Of a stretch of DNA of 64,000 nt, positions 59,780 through 64,000 are shown in pieces (position 1 is the stretch's first letter; every line of letters starts with the position of its first letter). The stretch is from Dehalococcoidia bacterium (GTDB lineage: Bacteria > Chloroflexota > Dehalococcoidia > Lucifugimonadales > UBA3495). The position numbers were made by a program, and so were the translations under genes. The stretch spans positions 904,029-968,028 of the forward strand of contig CBDBDT010000001.1 of assembly GCA_965203975.1 (NCBI GenBank), written 5' to 3'. The notes beneath the pieces are model-generated. The model was not told where the DNA came from. It was given only the letters and a program-made list of their open reading frames with translations, and did no database searches.

Positions 59780-61027
59780 TTGAAGGCAGAGATTTTTTCC
59801 ATCGGCACGGAGTTGCTGATGGGCGAGTTGACCGATACGAATGGCTCCTGGATTGCGGCTCAACTGCCTGCCCTGGGCATACAACTCCAGTGGATTACGA
59901 TTGTGGGGGATAACCTGGACATGATCTCCGAGGCTTTCGGCCGTGGGATGGCCCGGTCGGACGTTATGTTTACCACGGGAGGACTCGGTCCGACCCAAGA
60001 CGATCTGACACGGGAAGCCGTAGCCAAGGCCTTCGGCGAGACCCCGGTGGTCCAACCAGAGGTTGTGGAGCGGCTGGAACGGTATTTCGAGGGACGGGGC
60101 ATGGCCATGCCCGCCCATAACATCAAGCAGGCTCATCTCATCCCCTCCGCCGAGTTCATCCCCAATCCGAATGGAACGGCCCCCGGATGGTGGGCGGAAA
60201 AGGGTGGGAAGATCATCGTGTCCATGCCGGGACCGCCGGGGGAAATGCATCCCATGTGGGAAAGCCAGGTCGCGCCCCGGCTGCGAGAAATAGTCGATGA
60301 CGAGGTAACCGTCACCCGCAACGTCAAGATATTGGGGATGTCGGAAGCTGCCATTGACGAGGTAATGGACGAATACTTCGGCCAGGAAAATCCCTACCTC
60401 GGAATCTACTCCAAGGCCGATGGAATCCACCTGAGGATCATTGCACGGGCTGCCAGCGAAGAGGAAGCTAGATCAATGATCCAACCAGTGGAGACCGCCA
60501 TCGAGGAGCGGCTGGGAGAATACATCTGGGGCTATGATGACGAAACGCCGGAACAGTCAGTAGGACAGGCGCTTTTGGGGAAGGGGTTGACCATGGCCAC
60601 AATGGAAACCTGCACCGGCGGATTCCTAGCCAACAGCATCACCGAAGTACCCCAGGCTTCCAGATACTTTCGCGGGGGCGTGGTGGCTTTCAGCCCCCAG
60701 CAGGCAGTGGAAAACGGAGTCCCGGCCCGGGTTGTGGAGCAACACGGTCTGGCGAGTGAGAAGGCGGCGGCGGCGATGGCATCCGCAGCCCGGGAAAGGT
60801 TGGACGCCGATTACGGCATTGGCATCGCCGGGGTATCCAGCCCCGAGGGCGAAAACGGACACCCAGCAGGACAGATATTCATTGCAATCGCGGGCCCCGA
60901 CGGCGTCAAGGAACTGGCGATGCGGGTACCTCCGCGACGCATCACCATCAAGCGGCGTGGCTCCAACACCGCCCTAACGGAACTCCGCAAGCTGATCATG
61001 AGCCGGGGAGAATCCTCAAGCGCCTAA
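59780..61027 (+). CDS. cinA: CinA-family protein (competence/damage-inducible; NMN amidohydrolase domain)
   Basis: KAEIFSIGTELLMGELTDTNGSWIA, TTGGLGPTQDDLT and C-terminal ESCTGG-like METCTGGFLA. Confidence 0.85.
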   Translation: MKAEIFSIGTELLMGELTDTNGSWIAAQLPALGIQLQWITIVGDNLDMISEAFGRGMARSDVMFTTGGLGPTQDDLTREAVAKAFGETPVVQPEVVERLERYFEGRGMAMPAHNIKQAHLIPSAEFIPNPNGTAPGWWAEKGGKIIVSMPGPPGEMHPMWESQVAPRLREIVDDEVTVTRNVKILGMSEAAIDEVMDEYFGQENPYLGIYSKADGIHLRIIARAASEEEARSMIQPVETAIEERLGEYIWGYDDETPEQSVGQALLGKGLTMATMETCTGGFLANSITEVPQASRYFRGGVVAFSPQQAVENGVPARVVEQHGLASEKAAAAMASAARERLDADYGIGIAGVSSPEGENGHPAGQIFIAIAGPDGVKELAMRVPPRRITIKRRGSNTALTELRKLIMSRGESSSA

Positions 61028-61057
61028 CGTCGATCTGCATCGTATCCCCAGGGCTCC

Positions 61058-61098
61058 CAAAAAAGAAAGGCGGACATAGCGTCCGCTTTTCTTTTTCC
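61058..61098. terminator. Bidirectional intrinsic terminator
   Basis: AAAAAGAAAGGCGGAC atagc GTCCGCTTTTCTTTTT lies between convergent genes. Confidence 0.75.
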
Positions 61099-61115
61099 AG
61101 GGGTTGGACGGGACT

Positions 61116-64000
61116 TTACAAAGTCAGCTTCCTGTATAGCATGGGGAGACGCTCGGGCAGGGCCCATATATCGCCCAAGACCTCATAACCCATATCTCCA
61201 CACATCTGCTTGAGGTAATCGTGGCCGGCTTTGTCCACAGTCAAGCAGAAGGGCGTGATTTCCTTACGCTTGGCTTCCAATAGAGCCATGTGAGTGTCGT
61301 GGACGGCGTATTCCTTTTCCACGCCCTCCCGACTGTACCCCCGGTCCTGGGGCCGCCCGTCGCTGATCAGGAACATTATCTTGGTGGTGGCGTCCTGGTT
61401 TTCCAGCTTGGTGATGGCGTGCCGGATGGCTGAACCCATCCGGGTGGCATGGAGGGGGGTGATCTTGTCGATCCGCCGCTTGATCTTCTCGTTGAACTGT
61501 TCGTTGATGTCTTTGATGACGTAGAATTCCACGTTCTCGCGGCCGTAGCCAGAGAAACCGTAGATGCCGTAGGTGTCACCGATGGATTCGAGGGCCTGAA
61601 TCAGGAGCGCGGTGCTCTCCTTCTCGAGGTCAATGATGCGCTTGTAGTGTCGGCGTACCAGCCCTTCCCTGCGCCGGCGAAGCCAAACCATGTACTCCAC
61701 CGGATCGTCGGGAGCGTCCCGGTCGTCTACAGTGTGCCGTCCCTCATCGATGGCTTCGGCGGTGGAGGCGCTCATATCCAGCAGGAATACCACTGCCACA
61801 TCGCGGAGAATCTTGTTACGGCGCCAGTAAATCTTCTCGTCGGGCGGGACGTTCATCCGCAGGTCGCACCAAGCTTCCAACGCGGCGTTCAGGTCGATGT
61901 CCTCGCCGTCGATCAAGCGGTAAGTCTTGCGGAAGGTCTCCGGCATTATCAACTCAAACTGCCGCTTGACATGGTTCAGCAATGAGTTGTAGCTGCGGAG
62001 AGAGTCGTTGTAGAAGGTAGTGTCTCCCTCGTCAAGGGTCTTCTCCTTGACGATACACCAACGGGGTTTATAGTCACCGGCGCGGAAGTCCCACTCATCG
62101 TAAACATAGGTCTTCGGTTCCCTGGCTTCGAGTTCTCCACCCTGCTCGTCGTCGTTCAACAGGGGACCGTAACCCTGACCTGGGTTAGAGTCAGGGGGAG
62201 GCATCCCGGCTTCCTTCATGATGTTCTGGGCGAAGGTAGTGGTGCTGTTGTTGATGTCGCCCTGCTCGGCGTCCAGCTCCAACTCCGCGCTGTCCTGGAG
62301 CAATTGCTCCAACTCTTCCTGGGACAAGGGCTCTCCCTCGGCGTTCTGTCCCTGCTCGCTCTGGAGTTTGGTAAGAAGTTGGACCATTTCCGGCTTGAAG
62401 TCTCCGCGGTAGTCCACCGGCTCCGGGGACTGGTACGGGTCTCCTTCGCCGCTTTCTCCCTCAGATTCCTGCTGGCCCGACCGCAGCTTATCCAGGAGGG
62501 ATTCGTACTCCTCCTCAGAGAATTCGCCGGGGTCGTCTAGGTCCTGAGGCTCAAACTGGTCTTCCGGCTCCTGCTGGTTGGCCAGCTTGGAAATTATCTC
62601 GTAGGCCCGCAGGGTCGCTTCGGTAGTGTCTTCCACCGACGCCTCCGCCACCCGCAACGTATGCAGGATACGGGCCAGCATTTCGGCTTCTTCCTGGAGC
62701 TGGACGGGCACGGGAAGGTCGGTGAACTGCTCTAGGGACATATGGATCAGCAGCTCTACCATTGCCTCCTGCATGGGGAGCTCGCGTATATCAGGACGTC
62801 CGGACCTGGCTTCAATCTGGACACGCTCCGCCGCCCGCCGTATTCCGGGGTATTCAAACTTGATGCGGAAGTCCAGCCGACAGTCTTCCAGAACGGTGAA
62901 CAGGTCGAAAGCCAGCTTTTTGTCATCGAACAAGTTGAGGAAGCGCCCAATGTCGGTGTAGGCATGCGTCGATGTATCGAATTCGGGTGAATCAGCCAAT
63001 TCCTGCATCAGGGCGGCCATTTGTTCTGCCCGTCGACGTTCCAACTCCGGCCTGCGCTGTTCCTCGAACTGGCTGGCGGGTTTGTCGAACTCGAACTCGA
63101 AGCTTCCGAATTCAAGGTGCCCGACCTGGTGAGTGGCGACGACCTTGAACCAAGAGAAGTTCTCGTCCTTATTTGGATAGTGGTCCACAACCGGAGGCAG
63201 GAAGACCTTAGTCCCATCGGTGGAAGCCGTGTCTTCGTCCACCCAGCCGATGTTCTTGTTCACCAGTTCCTGGGTGTTCATCACCTCCATCGTGGAGCCG
63301 GCCAAGGCGCTGCAATAAAGCTTGACTACCCCCTTGACGCGGTCCAGCTCCAGGCTGGAAGACAGAGTTTCCAACAAACCCTCAGAGGTGTTGGATTCGA
63401 CTTTGAAGAAGGCTATCCCGCTCTCCGGGTTTTCCTTGACAAGGTCAACGCCGTGTTGGAACCAGACATCCAATTGGTTCATCGTGATGCGGTTCAGGAC
63501 GCCGTTCAGACTCCGCAGGAACGGTGGAACCGCATCCGGGGATATGGCCAGCAATCCCTCGGAAAGGTCGAGAATGTGAGCCTGGGAGCCCTGAGGAACG
63601 GAAGCAAGCGCCTGGGTCCCATCAGCCAGGAAGCGGGATGTCTCCCGCAAGCCAACCTTGGCCATCCGCTCGCCCAGCTTCAAAAAGCGACCGGTCTGGC
63701 CATCATCGACCTGCTGGAGGGCACGGGGGACCACTTCAAGACAACTCTTGACTTCCCGCCAACTCCCCTCCGACAAAGCACGGCACATGGACAGGAACGC
63801 CTCCCGTTCCCGGCCCATTCCCGGCAGCACATCGCGCCCCAGGGAAAGGCACTCCATGGCGACATCGTAGGACTTGTAGGACAGGGCCTCGATGAGGGAA
63901 GCGAATACTTCCACGTCCCAGAAGGGCAAACTTCGGATGAGGTCAGGGCTTACTTCGAAGAACTTGGATGCCAGGGTACTGGACTTCCAAGTCCCCTTGT
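61116..64000 (-). CDS. NorD/CbbO-like von Willebrand factor A domain protein (partial, N-terminus beyond right edge)
   Basis: The C-terminal VWA domain has the MIDAS motif VVFLLDMSAST. The track start (TTG 63929) is not the true start, because my translation of 63930-64000 stays open in frame (KGTWKSSTLASKFFEVSPDLIRS). Confidence 0.75.
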   Translation of the reverse strand, partial: KGTWKSSTLASKFFEVSPDLIRSLPFWDVEVFASLIEALSYKSYDVAMECLSLGRDVLPGMGREREAFLSMCRALSEGSWREVKSCLEVVPRALQQVDDGQTGRFLKLGERMAKVGLRETSRFLADGTQALASVPQGSQAHILDLSEGLLAISPDAVPPFLRSLNGVLNRITMNQLDVWFQHGVDLVKENPESGIAFFKVESNTSEGLLETLSSSLELDRVKGVVKLYCSALAGSTMEVMNTQELVNKNIGWVDEDTASTDGTKVFLPPVVDHYPNKDENFSWFKVVATHQVGHLEFGSFEFEFDKPASQFEEQRRPELERRRAEQMAALMQELADSPEFDTSTHAYTDIGRFLNLFDDKKLAFDLFTVLEDCRLDFRIKFEYPGIRRAAERVQIEARSGRPDIRELPMQEAMVELLIHMSLEQFTDLPVPVQLQEEAEMLARILHTLRVAEASVEDTTEATLRAYEIISKLANQQEPEDQFEPQDLDDPGEFSEEEYESLLDKLRSGQQESEGESGEGDPYQSPEPVDYRGDFKPEMVQLLTKLQSEQGQNAEGEPLSQEELEQLLQDSAELELDAEQGDINNSTTTFAQNIMKEAGMPPPDSNPGQGYGPLLNDDEQGGELEAREPKTYVYDEWDFRAGDYKPRWCIVKEKTLDEGDTTFYNDSLRSYNSLLNHVKRQFELIMPETFRKTYRLIDGEDIDLNAALEAWCDLRMNVPPDEKIYWRRNKILRDVAVVFLLDMSASTAEAIDEGRHTVDDRDAPDDPVEYMVWLRRRREGLVRRHYKRIIDLEKESTALLIQALESIGDTYGIYGFSGYGRENVEFYVIKDINEQFNEKIKRRIDKITPLHATRMGSAIRHAITKLENQDATTKIMFLISDGRPQDRGYSREGVEKEYAVHDTHMALLEAKRKEITPFCLTVDKAGHDYLKQMCGDMGYEVLGDIWALPERLPMLYRKLTL

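Overview
High-GC bacterial chromosomal window of about 60 supportable genes. I cannot assign a taxon from the sequence alone. All calls rest on reading the sequence, the supplied translations and motif recognition; no HMM, BLAST or RNA-folding run was possible.

It splits into two parts:

- **Left, about 1-23 kb: a patchwork accessory/defence-type region.**
  - (i) A tightly packed five-gene minus-strand operon: HerA-like ATPase, NurA-like nuclease, a small in-frame ORF, a DNA methyltransferase, and a CoiA-like nuclease with zinc ribbons that runs off the left edge.
  - (ii) A transposase-like fragment abutting a truncated ADP-forming acetyl-CoA synthetase remnant.
  - (iii) An 8.9 kb segment (8126-17068) with imperfect terminal inverted repeats and a 7-8 bp flanking direct repeat, but no transposase of its own. 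It carries a split MmeI-like type IIG restriction-modification gene, a low-GC three-gene cassette, a DUF4238-HNH-small-membrane-protein operon inactivated by an IS1-family insertion and two frameshifts, and a noncoding hairpin cluster.
  - (iv) A 1224-aa CHAT-like/NB-ARC/TPR STAND NTPase followed by a large alpha/beta-hydrolase-like gene.
- **Right, about 23-64 kb: mostly housekeeping.** It holds an F420-type LLM oxidoreductase, PrpD-family protein, ECF sigma/anti-sigma pair, tandem ThyX, two ThDP enzymes, E2 and E3, tatA/tatB/tatC, an RlmD-Maf fusion, trxA, tRNA-Sec, lutABC, a HEPN-MNT pair, a GIY-YIG nuclease, glycerate kinase, two M20 amidohydrolases, cysteine desulfurase, speH-speB, a GldA/F/G-type ABC system, cinA, and a NorD/CbbO-like VWA protein that runs off the right edge.

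Between 27 and 48 kb lie at least 12 copies of a REP/MITE-like hairpin repeat. All are in the same orientation, and a variant shows three compensatory stem changes.
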